Positions 26,884 through 36,487 of a stretch of DNA of 37,007 bases are shown piece by piece. The DNA is taken from assembly GCA_036337435.1 (NCBI GenBank), contig JAYZEG010000084.1, positions 1 through 37,007 of the forward strand, read 5' to 3'. The notes beneath the pieces are model-generated. The model ran no database searches. It was not told the DNA's origin and worked only from the letters and a program-made list of their open reading frames with translations. The DNA is from Myxococcota bacterium. Lineage in GTDB: Bacteria > Myxococcota_A > Bradymonadia > UBA7976 > UBA1532. Position 1 is the stretch's first letter. Each line of letters begins with the position of its first letter. The position numbers and the translations under genes are program-made.

Positions 26884-28079
26884 TTACCTGCGTCTACACC
26901 CGCATCGTTGAAACCACCATCCCGCCCCTGCTCGGACTCCAGCTGGGCTTCACCCTCTAGGCCGCAGGACAAGCTCGCGGTAACCAACCGGCCATCGGTG
27001 CGCTCAATGGTCAATTCCCGGCCTTGGGCCGCGATGTGTCGTATGCCTCCACCGAGAGAAAACCGTTGAGAGACAACCGGCTCATCGAGCGACGATGTAT
27101 CGACGATAATGAGTTCACCGTCGTCGGTGACGACCATCAGCGTCACCGGATCCGATGCATGAATGAGCTTGACATCGAGGTCTTCCACAATGCGCGCGGT
27201 GCGACGCACAGAATCACGGGTGGCTTCCAGTATACCGAGTCCCGCCCCCGCCTCATTGATGGCGACGAGCCGGCCAGCGGTCGTGATGTCATCGACACGA
27301 CCCGATGTTTTAATGGTTGTCTCACTCAGGATCGGCGTTGACGGGTCAGCGACATCAACGATAGACACGCCCAGGAGCCCGTCGGCGACCAAGAGCCTAT
27401 CGCCAGAGACCACGAGGGTATTTGCCCGACCCAAGGTGTCTGTGCGCCCGACTCGCATCGGGAAAATCCCATTCCCGAGATCAACGATTTCAATCCCTTT
27501 AGCATACAACGCCAGGGCGACGGTCTGTTCTGAAAATGCGATAACGTCTCGAATTTCATCACTTGACCGGTATTCGCTCACCCTGCGCCCAGTCGAATCA
27601 AGAATGTACATCCATCGCCCCGCTCTAATCACGATCCCACCATCGTAGAAGTGTGCACCGGCATGGGCACCTTCGTCCTCGCCGAGGGGGTAATCGAGAA
27701 GCCTTCGAGTCGGTATCCGCTCGACATCCCACACTTGAGTGCCAAGTATCCCTCGAGCCAGGTAGACCAAGTCCCCCGCTCTCTCCAATGAGACCACGCC
27801 CTCGGGCGAATCCATCAACTCAACGACCTCGACCTCAGCAGAAATGCGCTCATACTGGCACACCCCTTCGACGCAACGGTCTGAGGTGCAACTGCTCGAG
27901 TCATCACAATCGGAGTCCTCAGAACAACTCGGAACAAAGGCATCCATATAAGCGTCAGACACAGCTTGATCGACTGCGACGGCGGCATCCTCACCCGACA
28001 CGTCACCGGACGATTTTTCGCATCCTAAGAGACCGAGAATGACGACAAAGCAGATAAAATAAAAAGAGGGGTTCGGCAT
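26880..28079 (-). CDS. LVIVD-repeat beta-propeller lipoprotein with a short Cys-rich module
   Basis: Lipobox LLG-C. CSEDSDCDDSSSCTSDRCVEGVC module. Blades GIEIVDL, GVSIVDVADP and LIIVDTSSLDEP. Confidence 0.82.
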   Translation of the reverse strand: MPNPSFYFICFVVILGLLGCEKSSGDVSGEDAAVAVDQAVSDAYMDAFVPSCSEDSDCDDSSSCTSDRCVEGVCQYERISAEVEVVELMDSPEGVVSLERAGDLVYLARGILGTQVWDVERIPTRRLLDYPLGEDEGAHAGAHFYDGGIVIRAGRWMYILDSTGRRVSEYRSSDEIRDVIAFSEQTVALALYAKGIEIVDLGNGIFPMRVGRTDTLGRANTLVVSGDRLLVADGLLGVSIVDVADPSTPILSETTIKTSGRVDDITTAGRLVAINEAGAGLGILEATRDSVRRTARIVEDLDVKLIHASDPVTLMVVTDDGELIIVDTSSLDEPVVSQRFSLGGGIRHIAAQGRELTIERTDGRLVTASLSCGLEGEAQLESEQGRDGGFNDAGVDAGN

Positions 28080-28129
28080 AAGACAGACTTTGTTTATACT
28101 CGCTTCAATCCTTCAATATTTGAGACTAT

Positions 28130-28723
28130 ATGATGCTTCGACGTATCTTGCTAACCATATCGTTCATACTCCCCATTACAGCTGCCGCAGAATCCGTTCT
28201 GCCAAGCTTAGCGGTGCAGAATCGACGGTATACTCAAACCCATGAGTTTACCGCTGTTTTAGGGCATCTACCGATGGACGCCTTTACGAAGGGCGTGACA
28301 ATGAGTGGAGCGTACACGCTTCATTTCAACGACCTATTCGCTTGGGAAGTCGCACAGTTCTACTACAGTTTTGGCGTTGATACAGAACTCGAGAGCGAAC
28401 TTCTCGCTTTCGACTTGAAGCCAACCCCATTTGAGCGCGTTGAGCAGTTTGTCACCAGCAACCTGCTTTTCAAGCCACTGTACTGGAAAGGTGCTTGGTT
28501 AAACGACAGGCTCGGATACGGAGAGTTTTTCTTATCTGCTGGTGGTGGATACGGCTGGTTGACACGCACCCAAAGACCGGTCCTGAGTGCCGGTATTGGC
28601 TTTCGAGTTTACCTTCATGACTATGTGTCGATGCGATTTGACCTTCGGGATCTCGCATTTATTGCCGAAAATGACACGCAGAACGAATTATGGCTTGGCT
28701 TGGGACTTTCACTTTCACCATGA
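28130..28723 (+). CDS. Myxobacterial-type outer-membrane beta-barrel protein (GltA/GltB/GltH family-like)
   Basis: Signal peptide ending AAA-E. Motifs AVQNRRY...HEF, P.DAFTKG...GAYTLHF...AWE, FKPLYWK, GIGFRVYL...RFDLRD and a terminal LGLGLSL strand. It precedes GltC/GltD-like TPR genes. Confidence 0.85.
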   Translation: MMLRRILLTISFILPITAAAESVLPSLAVQNRRYTQTHEFTAVLGHLPMDAFTKGVTMSGAYTLHFNDLFAWEVAQFYYSFGVDTELESELLAFDLKPTPFERVEQFVTSNLLFKPLYWKGAWLNDRLGYGEFFLSAGGGYGWLTRTQRPVLSAGIGFRVYLHDYVSMRFDLRDLAFIAENDTQNELWLGLGLSLSP

Positions 28724-30129
28724 TGGGCTTCAGATATACGATAATCGGTCTGCTCTTACTTGGCTGCGCCGGTACAATACCGCAGAATCGAGAGTTAGCA
28801 TTCGTCTATGCTGTCGATCAGCTCCAAGCGGGGCGGCCGGTCGCCGCCGCGAGTGCTGCCTGGCAATATCTTCAGGGCGCATCACCTGAAGATCCTCGAT
28901 ATGATCGAGCCCAGAGACTCCTCGCTCGTTCGTCGGAGGAATTAGGGCTCAGCTATGCGGCTGCTCAATGGTATCTCGATATCGCTCAAGGGCGACGAGA
29001 CCCTGAATTACTCGCAGAAGCCGTACGAGGACTTCAGTCTATCGTCGAGTCCGGAGCCTACGATGAAGATGCGCTGGTCGATGGCTACCTGGCGTCAGCA
29101 GAGATCACGGGTCTGCCAGCGGATCTGCAGGCGTTCATTGCTTACCATCAGGGTTTAAGGGACGCGCGCCTGCTTGAAAAGCGTTGGTCAAAAGACAACT
29201 TTAACTCGATTAATAATGCCAGTGCGTACCGGGCGGATGCTCGCTATGTCGATGCCGTTCAATCGGTTGCTAAGCGAAAGATCGATGTCGCATTGACCAA
29301 GCTTGAAGAGCTGGAAAAGGTGACGCCTATTCGGCCGGAATTATTGACGCAAGTCCGCCGTAGTCTGGCCCGGCTTCACAGTGCGAAAAAGAATCACTCG
29401 GACGCCTTAGAACGGTACGAACTTCTTCGGCAGGAAGCCCCTGGCGACCCCGAACTCTTACTCGAAATGGCATGGGTCCATTATGAGCGGGGCGATATTC
29501 GCCGAGCCCTGGGTTTATTACTCGCCCTCGATGCGCCCATCTATGCGGATTTGATTGCACCCGACCGATTTTTACTCGAAGGCCTGGCCCTACGCAGGCT
29601 TTGCCAGTTTGGTCCCGCACGACAAGCTGCGACTCGACTGAGGGCAAAGCATGGTAAGGCATTGGACGATCTCTACAGCGGTGTTCAAGCCATGAATTCC
29701 AAGGCGCTCAGAGCGGCGGCGCGCAGACGGACAGCAGTTAAAACTCGCAGTGCCTTTCAGCGAAAAGTCGTCAGCGAAGACAATCGGCTAAGGACGCTCG
29801 CGTTCAGCCCACCACTTCGCGCTCATTTGACAGCCATGTACGCGCGGGGCAAACGGGAGGCAACACGCGGACTCGATGAGGCGTTGGTTGGTGAAATTGA
29901 CAGCCTCGCTGAAGAACTTCTTGCCGCTGAAGAAGGCGTCAATCTGATTCTTCATGAGCTTGGCGTGGGGCTACTCCGTGGCCGTGAGCGATCCCCGGGC
30001 CCTCCGCTTTACCCAGCGCCGGTCGTCACAACGGGCGGCCGAAAGGCATTCTTCAAATTCCAGGGTGAATTCTGGACGGATGAACTCGACGATTTAATCG
30101 TAGTTGGGGAAGACCGATGTATCGAATAA
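28720..30129 (+). CDS. GltC-like TPR lipoprotein
   Basis: Start ATG 28720 (ATGA overlap). Lipobox LLLG-C. TPR helices, LLEMAW...RALGLLLALDAP, and C-terminal FKFQGEFWTDEL...C resembling the GltC W.F.GE(Y/F)W.DEL motif. Confidence 0.78.
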   Translation: MMGFRYTIIGLLLLGCAGTIPQNRELAFVYAVDQLQAGRPVAAASAAWQYLQGASPEDPRYDRAQRLLARSSEELGLSYAAAQWYLDIAQGRRDPELLAEAVRGLQSIVESGAYDEDALVDGYLASAEITGLPADLQAFIAYHQGLRDARLLEKRWSKDNFNSINNASAYRADARYVDAVQSVAKRKIDVALTKLEELEKVTPIRPELLTQVRRSLARLHSAKKNHSDALERYELLRQEAPGDPELLLEMAWVHYERGDIRRALGLLLALDAPIYADLIAPDRFLLEGLALRRLCQFGPARQAATRLRAKHGKALDDLYSGVQAMNSKALRAAARRRTAVKTRSAFQRKVVSEDNRLRTLAFSPPLRAHLTAMYARGKREATRGLDEALVGEIDSLAEELLAAEEGVNLILHELGVGLLRGRERSPGPPLYPAPVVTTGGRKAFFKFQGEFWTDELDDLIVVGEDRCIE

Positions 30130-33100
30130 TCTCCACGTTTTTGATGCTCAGCTTTATCGGCTGCGCCGCGCCCAATACAGAGCTGCGTGATCAACCACAA
30201 GTAGAGCGGCTGCGAATCCAGATAAGCAAGGCGCGGAATGCGATCGCAGAAACCCGTCGGGCCATCGCCGAGGCCAGGGGTGCCCCCTATGTCGTCGAGC
30301 TCTATGTTCGACTCGCCGAACTACTGGGTGATGAAGCACGCTACCATTATCAAGTGGCATATGAGCGTGAACAACGGTCAGGAAAAACACTTCATGTACC
30401 GCAGGTGCGGTTTTTGAAAGAGCAAGCGATCGGCATCTATACTGAAGTGCTGGCCAAGAATCCCGGTACGCCACTTGCCCCACGCATTCTATTCAACATG
30501 GGACAGGAACAACGCGAGTTAGGGAATTACAAGAAAATGCGAGCGGCCCTCGAACGGCTCGTCAGCGAACATCCCAATTCAAGCCTGCGCTACGAAGCCC
30601 TCTTGATTTTGGGCGATGACCGCTTTGATCGAAGCAAGCTCGAGGAGGCCGGCAAATATTACGCTCAAATGCTGACCGGCAACCTGAATCGAATGACGGG
30701 TCTCGGACATTATAAGTACGCCTGGGTGATGGTCAATCAGGCGAATTGCAAGGCGGCACTCACTCATTTTCGAGACGCAATTATCTCCGCGGAGAAATGG
30801 TTCGGGCGCAAAAATGCGACCGTCGACGAGAGTGCGACACAGTCAAACCTCGATGTACGTCGCGAGGCACTCGTTGACTTGGTCTATTGCTACACACAGG
30901 AACACAAAGACAAAGGTGTCCTCAAGTACCTGCGGGGGCTTGCATACAGTCGGGGTGCATACGTTGCCGCATTGGAGCGACTCGCCGACCGGTTGGGGAC
31001 ATTGGATGCAGCGGCGGGTGCCCTCAAAGCTGGCCGTGAACTCTTGATCCTCGGCACCGACTCACCGAAGCGGGTCGACGACGCACGTATGCTTTATGCG
31101 GCGATTCAAAAGACTAAGGATTTTAGCCAAGTAGGTCGCGATGCTGAACTGATTTCGCGCGCGTTTCTGCGCCAAATCAGGAGGCCTACGGGGGCTGATG
31201 AGACTCGAGAACGCCTAGAAACCGAACTTGAGACCGTCCTGGCCAACGTCGGTATTTTGGCACAAAAAAACATGAACAAGCTGAAGAAAGGCACCGCGGC
31301 GAGAAACCAGCTTGCGGTGGAGATCGCAAAAGCCTACCAACTTCACGTCAGAGCATTTCCGGACAGCTCCCAAAAAGGGGCCATTCTTGGAAATCTGGTC
31401 GATGTCTTAGTTGAATCAGGAGATGTCTTTGCTGCGGGACGCAGTGCGATCCAACTTGCGGAACATCTCGCGAAAGGCACCGACCAGGACAACGCCTGGT
31501 ATGATGCTTTGGTCAATTTCCAGAAGACACTCCGAGGCGAATCGACTCGAATGCAACGCGTCGTCGCTCGAGCCGGTCTTAGAAAGGCTGGGCGGTCCCT
31601 GTTAGCGAGTGCCTTGGCACCCGAACGTGCGAGAAAAGTGAAGTTCGCAGTCGCACAAACCGACTATGACGAAGGGCGTCATCGCGTTGCCATCGACCGC
31701 CTGAATGCAATCGCATTCGAATATCCGGGCACACTTGAAGGAAATACGGCGGTCAACCTCGTTCTCGATTCATTTAAAATCGCCAATGACTATTTGGGTT
31801 TGATTAGAGCAGGTCATCGATTTATGGCCGCAAGCAGCCCTGTCCAAGCGAGCATCAAAGCGGAAATCCGACCTATTGTTAAGAGTGCTGAACAGTTTCA
31901 ATTGGACGAGCTCGCCCTCGCCGCCGCTGGCGTAGACGGCGGAGATGTTACTGGCGACCTTGAAAAATTTGCTGAAGCCTATGCAGGAACAGCCTTAGGC
32001 GAACGCGCGGTCATCAATGCGCTCTTGGCGGCCCGAGCATCTGGCGACAGTAAGACGCTCTATCGCCTGGCTGCTGAGTTTGAAGAGAAATACCCAAAAT
32101 CCAAGCAGCTATCAGCGATCCGCTCCACAATCGCGCGTACGGCTGCGTCTCGCTACGAGTTTGACCAAGCCGTCAAGTACTTTGCCACTGCGGCCGCCGT
32201 TCCAGGGGCACAGCGTGTCCCATTGTTCATTGCGGCTGGTCGTCTCAAGGAACAGCTTGGGGACATCAGCGGTGCAAAGAGCACCTTCAAAGCAGCCTTC
32301 CAGGCCGCCGACACAACGGCTGCTAAAAATAGTGCCATTCAACCCCTGGCCAAGCTGTTTGAACGGCAAGGTCAATACCGGAGTGTGGTGACCACCATCG
32401 GTCCCCTCGGTGACGAAGCTGATCCTGAGAGCTTGGCCTATCTAGGGATTGCACAAATTAGAGTGGGTCAAACCGATGAAGGCGAGGCGACATTACAACG
32501 CGTCTTGGATGGAGGCAGCACGGTATCAACAGAGGCTCGCTCACGAGCGCATTTCGGTCAAGCTGAAGTCTTCCTGAAAGCCCTGGAGAGCTTCGACCCT
32601 GGTGAAGACCTCGAGACGATTCAAGAGTTAGTCACCCTTCTCGAAGTCACAGAACAGGCGTACCTGAAAGCAGCTCGCGAGGGTGATCCGACATACACCG
32701 CAGCGTCTTTTGGACGACTCGCTCACGTCTCAAAGAAGACGGCCGCGCGAATGCGAACCATCAAAATTCCAACGGGGACTGACCCCGAAATGGCAAGTGC
32801 CCTCAAAAAGGGCTTCGCTCAACGCGCAGATGTTCTCGATAAGCAGGCCACCGAAGCGTTGGCCGCCTGCGCAGAACAAGGCTGGATTCACTACAATTTT
32901 AATCCCCTGGTCAGGGCATGCTTAAAGGGAGAGGTTCCGAAAGCGAATGCGGTCCGGTTTGATGTTCTCAAACCCCGGAGTACCACTCAGGCTCCGGCAG
33001 ACCTGGAAGCGTTAAGGGTTCGGCTTTCAAAGAACTCCGAAGACCTCGATGCGCTACGTGCCATCGGTGTGAGCTTCATTAAAGCTGGAGACTACCACGG

Positions 33101-33353
33101 TGCACGCCTGGTTTTCGGGGGGGCAGCCCAAATCGGCGGCGGCCCTATCGAATCTAATTTGCTTGGGATCGCCAGCTATCGCGCAGGTGACATTACCGGT
33201 GGCCTTGATGCGTTCGCGAGAGCGGCAGCAGGCGGCCTCACCACCGGCCGTGACAACTTGGCTAAAGCTCTTGAAGAGCAAGGCCTTCCGAATGCGGCCG
33301 CAGATGCAAAGAAGCGCTATCCTGGCGGTCAGTCCGGTGGCATGCGATTATGA
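30117..33353 (+). CDS. GltD/AgmU-like large TPR lipoprotein with an extra C-terminal TPR segment
   Basis: Lipobox FIG-C. RLAEL..DEARY, AIGIY..VL...P, HYKYAW...N and RREALVDLVYCY, plus the C-terminal Y.KAA..GDP...AA....L...IP.G..........A..L...A.EA...C block typical of GltD. Confidence 0.78.
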   Translation: MYRIISTFLMLSFIGCAAPNTELRDQPQVERLRIQISKARNAIAETRRAIAEARGAPYVVELYVRLAELLGDEARYHYQVAYEREQRSGKTLHVPQVRFLKEQAIGIYTEVLAKNPGTPLAPRILFNMGQEQRELGNYKKMRAALERLVSEHPNSSLRYEALLILGDDRFDRSKLEEAGKYYAQMLTGNLNRMTGLGHYKYAWVMVNQANCKAALTHFRDAIISAEKWFGRKNATVDESATQSNLDVRREALVDLVYCYTQEHKDKGVLKYLRGLAYSRGAYVAALERLADRLGTLDAAAGALKAGRELLILGTDSPKRVDDARMLYAAIQKTKDFSQVGRDAELISRAFLRQIRRPTGADETRERLETELETVLANVGILAQKNMNKLKKGTAARNQLAVEIAKAYQLHVRAFPDSSQKGAILGNLVDVLVESGDVFAAGRSAIQLAEHLAKGTDQDNAWYDALVNFQKTLRGESTRMQRVVARAGLRKAGRSLLASALAPERARKVKFAVAQTDYDEGRHRVAIDRLNAIAFEYPGTLEGNTAVNLVLDSFKIANDYLGLIRAGHRFMAASSPVQASIKAEIRPIVKSAEQFQLDELALAAAGVDGGDVTGDLEKFAEAYAGTALGERAVINALLAARASGDSKTLYRLAAEFEEKYPKSKQLSAIRSTIARTAASRYEFDQAVKYFATAAAVPGAQRVPLFIAAGRLKEQLGDISGAKSTFKAAFQAADTTAAKNSAIQPLAKLFERQGQYRSVVTTIGPLGDEADPESLAYLGIAQIRVGQTDEGEATLQRVLDGGSTVSTEARSRAHFGQAEVFLKALESFDPGEDLETIQELVTLLEVTEQAYLKAAREGDPTYTAASFGRLAHVSKKTAARMRTIKIPTGTDPEMASALKKGFAQRADVLDKQATEALAACAEQGWIHYNFNPLVRACLKGEVPKANAVRFDVLKPRSTTQAPADLEALRVRLSKNSEDLDALRAIGVSFIKAGDYHGARLVFGGAAQIGGGPIESNLLGIASYRAGDITGGLDAFARAAAGGLTTGRDNLAKALEEQGLPNAAADAKKRYPGGQSGGMRL

Positions 33354-33955
33354 GTGGGAGATTAACCAACATGATGAATACGCTCTCCAAGGTTTTCGGT
33401 TTTGCCTGCCTCATGGTCGGCTGTACGGGCTTGAATGTCGACCGATTGTCGTTGACGGATCCGAGGCTCCCAGTCGATGCCCGCCGATGGGTCGCAGATG
33501 CAGAGGACGCTGTGGTCATTTCTCGCGCCAAACGAGACGAGGCAGGGCGTCTCTTGAAAGCGGTGCAATCATCTCTAGAGAAAACACTTTCGGCACCCGC
33601 CTTCGACGGACCTCAAGGCACCACGGCAAAGCTTAAACGTGAACAAATGGCCTTGTCACGGCTAGATGCTGCCACGGCTGCATTGAGCCTAGCAGACGCG
33701 GAGCTGGGCCTGTCCAAAGCGCGTTTGAGGCTTATCTATGCTGAAACGGCAATGCGACAAGACATCGCTGTTTACAACATGCCCCCACTTCAAGCCGCTG
33801 TCGACCAAGCGTTGAGTGCCGTCGTTGCAAATCGCGACGCCCATCGGCGCGCTCGTGAAGCTGAATTAAAGGCCGCTGATGAATGGTGGTCGGCGTGGCA
33901 GTCTTTGGCAGCCAAAAAGGGTGATACTCGTCCCTTCTGGACACAGGCGGATTAA
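33350..33955 (+). CDS. Alpha-helical (coiled-coil) lipoprotein, function unknown
   Basis: ATGA overlap with the TPR gene (alternative ATG starts about 21-24 nt downstream). Lipobox MVG-C. Ala/Leu-rich helices. Confidence 0.75.
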   Translation: MSGRLTNMMNTLSKVFGFACLMVGCTGLNVDRLSLTDPRLPVDARRWVADAEDAVVISRAKRDEAGRLLKAVQSSLEKTLSAPAFDGPQGTTAKLKREQMALSRLDAATAALSLADAELGLSKARLRLIYAETAMRQDIAVYNMPPLQAAVDQALSAVVANRDAHRRAREAELKAADEWWSAWQSLAAKKGDTRPFWTQAD

Positions 33956-34539
33956 TGAAACAGACTTTTGGATTGATACTCGCTTTTGGTGCTTTAGCCG
34001 GCGTTGGATGCGGCGGTGAAGAAGACGACTGCACGGGGGCGGTCATAGAGCAAAGCACGACAGCTCTACAATTCGGCTCGCTCGCCATCGGGGGCGCTCG
34101 TAACGTTCAGGGAGACCTCAGCTTACCCGAGAGCCGAACCGTGTTTTTGAAGAACCGCTGCGGCGCACCGCTTGTGGTCAGGAAGGCCTGCCTCATCGAA
34201 AATGGACACGATGGAGACGCCAACGTCGCGGCCTTTTCTCGAGAATATGAACCCGGCCTAGACCTGCCCATTTCTGTCAGCCCAGCGAAAGATACTGCCA
34301 TTCGATTGACCTTTGACGTAGACACCCCCAATACTGATTTATCTGACAACGGAGAACCTGACTTCAACCGGTCGAGTTTGGTGGTTTTTTACAACGCCTC
34401 GAATTCTGCTGCAATCGCCATCCCCGTTTGCGGCCGGGCCATCGAGTCGGTTGACGAGGCGTCGGCCGGTTCCGGCCCGTGCGAATTGCCCAACGATTTC
34501 GATGCCAGCGCGATAGATGAAAGCATATGTGGCGACTGA
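33955..34539 (+). CDS. Lipoprotein with an Ig-like (ASH/choice-of-anchor D-like) beta-sandwich, function unknown
   Basis: TAATG overlap. Lipobox GVG-C. Pattern LQFG...SRTVFLKN.CGAPLVV...LPISVSP....IRLTF. Confidence 0.7.
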   Translation: MKQTFGLILAFGALAGVGCGGEEDDCTGAVIEQSTTALQFGSLAIGGARNVQGDLSLPESRTVFLKNRCGAPLVVRKACLIENGHDGDANVAAFSREYEPGLDLPISVSPAKDTAIRLTFDVDTPNTDLSDNGEPDFNRSSLVVFYNASNSAAIAIPVCGRAIESVDEASAGSGPCELPNDFDASAIDESICGD

Positions 34540-34985
34540 TAGTAGGATTCATATTGGTGACAGGGTGCCAGACCCCCGAAGAGGAATTCGCGGCTGGTCG
34601 TCTTGAAAAGCTTTGTGACGGAGCCATCCCGGTGTGCTCGGTACAAGCGGCTTGCATTGTCGATGATGCTGACTATCTATCCGCCCGTTTTCCTGGCGGT
34701 CAACGTTTCGTGATTCAGTCCAACGAGCTTGACACAAAAGCTGTTGTCCGTTTGTACTTTGAGGAAATGATTTTCCCAGGAACTGAATTTCAACTCAAAC
34801 TTTATGGCCCTGGATGCGCAACCCTAGAAACGCTCCAAGTCCTCGACGTCGACTTATTTGAGCGGGCTGGGGACAACCGCATCGTCGAGTTCTCGCTGCC
34901 CGTCGAAGAGAGCGGTGACCATCTGCTCGAGGTCTACTCCGACATGGCCGCATCCTATCTGCTTATCGTTGACTTAGAGCGATAA
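34527..34985 (+). CDS. Small Cys-containing lipoprotein, function unknown
   Basis: Signal MWRLIVGFILVTG-C. 13-nt overlap with the previous gene. Last gene of the arm. Confidence 0.75.
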   Translation: MWRLIVGFILVTGCQTPEEEFAAGRLEKLCDGAIPVCSVQAACIVDDADYLSARFPGGQRFVIQSNELDTKAVVRLYFEEMIFPGTEFQLKLYGPGCATLETLQVLDVDLFERAGDNRIVEFSLPVEESGDHLLEVYSDMAASYLLIVDLER

Positions 34986-34993
34986 GGCTGAGT

Positions 34994-36487
34994 TCAATCC
35001 ATGACCGGCATAACAAAATCAGCACCCGCGCGAATCCCCTCTGGCCAACGCGTGGTCACGGTCTTCAGTCGGGTATAGAATCGAACGCCGTCGTGCCCAT
35101 GCACATGCTGCACACCAAATAAGGAATTCTTCCAGCCGCCAAAACTGTGAAAAGCCATGGGCACAGGGATAGGCACATTCACGCCGACCATCCCAGCTTC
35201 CACCCCGGATGAGAAGGCACGTGCACAATCACCATCTCGGGTAAAAATAGAGGCACCATTTCCGAATTCATGGCCATTAACCAATTTCAATGCAGCATCG
35301 AAATCAGGAACCCTAACAACACAAAGGACTGGTCCAAAGATTTCTTCACGGTAAATCCGCATCGATGGGTCAACGCCATCGAAGAGACTCCCACCCAAGA
35401 AGAAGCCATGGGGCATGCCATCGATGTGTAGCCCTCGACCGTCGACGACCAAAGTGGCCCCCTCCATGACCCCGCTCTCCACATAATCACTTACGGTGTC
35501 GCGATGGTCAGACGTGACGAGAGGCCCCATGTCGACATCGTCATTGATTCCAGGCCCGATTTTAAGGGCGTTCACTCGCGCAGCGAGTTGTTCAACCAAC
35601 GCGTCACCAACGCCTCCAACCGCAACAGCGACCGAAATCGCCATGCAGCGTTCGCCCGCAGAACCATAAGCTGCTCCCACGAGCGCATCGACAGCTTGGC
35701 CTAGGTCGGCATCGGGCATGACGACAAGGTGATTCTTTGCGCCACCAAGTGCCTGAACGCGTTTCCCGCGTGCACTCCCATCCCGATAAATGCGTCGAGC
35801 GATGGGCGTCGAGCCAACAAAGCTCAACGCCGCCACCCTTGGATCTGTAATGAGGGCGTCAACAGTCCCCTTGCCGCCATTGACTACATTAAGAACACCT
35901 GGTGGCAAGCCAGCCTCCGCGAATAATTCAGCCATTCGAACCACGACGCTCGGGTCCTTCTCACTCGGCTTCAAAATAAAGGTATTTCCACACGCGATGG
36001 CAACTGGAGCCATCCACATTGGGACCATCGCCGGAAAATTGAATGGCGTAATTCCAGCACAAATCCCGAGCGGCTGTCGCACAGAATATGAGTCGATTCG
36101 ACGACCCACATTTTCAGTAAACTCGCCTTTCAGTAGGCTCGGAATCCCGCAGGCAAACTCGACGACTTCTGTCCCCCTCAAGACGCCCCCACGGGCATCG
36201 CTTAAAACCTTACCGTGTTCCAGGGTAATGAGCCGAGCCAGCTCATCTCGATGCTCATCTAATAGGGCCTTGAATCTGAACAGCACACGCGCGCGCTGCA
36301 TGGGCGGCGTCTGGCTCCACTCTGGCAGCGCACGTTGGGCCGAATCGATTGCGAACTCGACGTCTGCTTGACTGGCCAATGCGACATAGCCAGAGACCTC
36401 ACCCGTCGCTGGATTGAAGACTGGCTGCCGCCCTTCAGGCGTGCCTTTAAAGGGCTTGTTATCGATAAAATGAACGATCTCACTCAT
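34994..36487 (-). CDS. mmsA: CoA-acylating methylmalonate/malonate-semialdehyde dehydrogenase
   Basis: Likely start ATG 36487 (MSEIVHFI). Motifs [51 protein letters not shown] (catalytic Cys), EEIFGP and [16 protein letters not shown]. Confidence 0.96.
   Translation of the reverse strand: MSEIVHFIDNKPFKGTPEGRQPVFNPATGEVSGYVALASQADVEFAIDSAQRALPEWSQTPPMQRARVLFRFKALLDEHRDELARLITLEHGKVLSDARGGVLRGTEVVEFACGIPSLLKGEFTENVGRRIDSYSVRQPLGICAGITPFNFPAMVPMWMAPVAIACGNTFILKPSEKDPSVVVRMAELFAEAGLPPGVLNVVNGGKGTVDALITDPRVAALSFVGSTPIARRIYRDGSARGKRVQALGGAKNHLVVMPDADLGQAVDALVGAAYGSAGERCMAISVAVAVGGVGDALVEQLAARVNALKIGPGINDDVDMGPLVTSDHRDTVSDYVESGVMEGATLVVDGRGLHIDGMPHGFFLGGSLFDGVDPSMRIYREEIFGPVLCVVRVPDFDAALKLVNGHEFGNGASIFTRDGDCARAFSSGVEAGMVGVNVPIPVPMAFHSFGGWKNSLFGVQHVHGHDGVRFYTRLKTVTTRWPEGIRAGADFVMPVMD

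Noticed and set aside
35790..36371. 193-aa plus-strand ORF
   Set aside because: It is an antisense shadow of mmsA.
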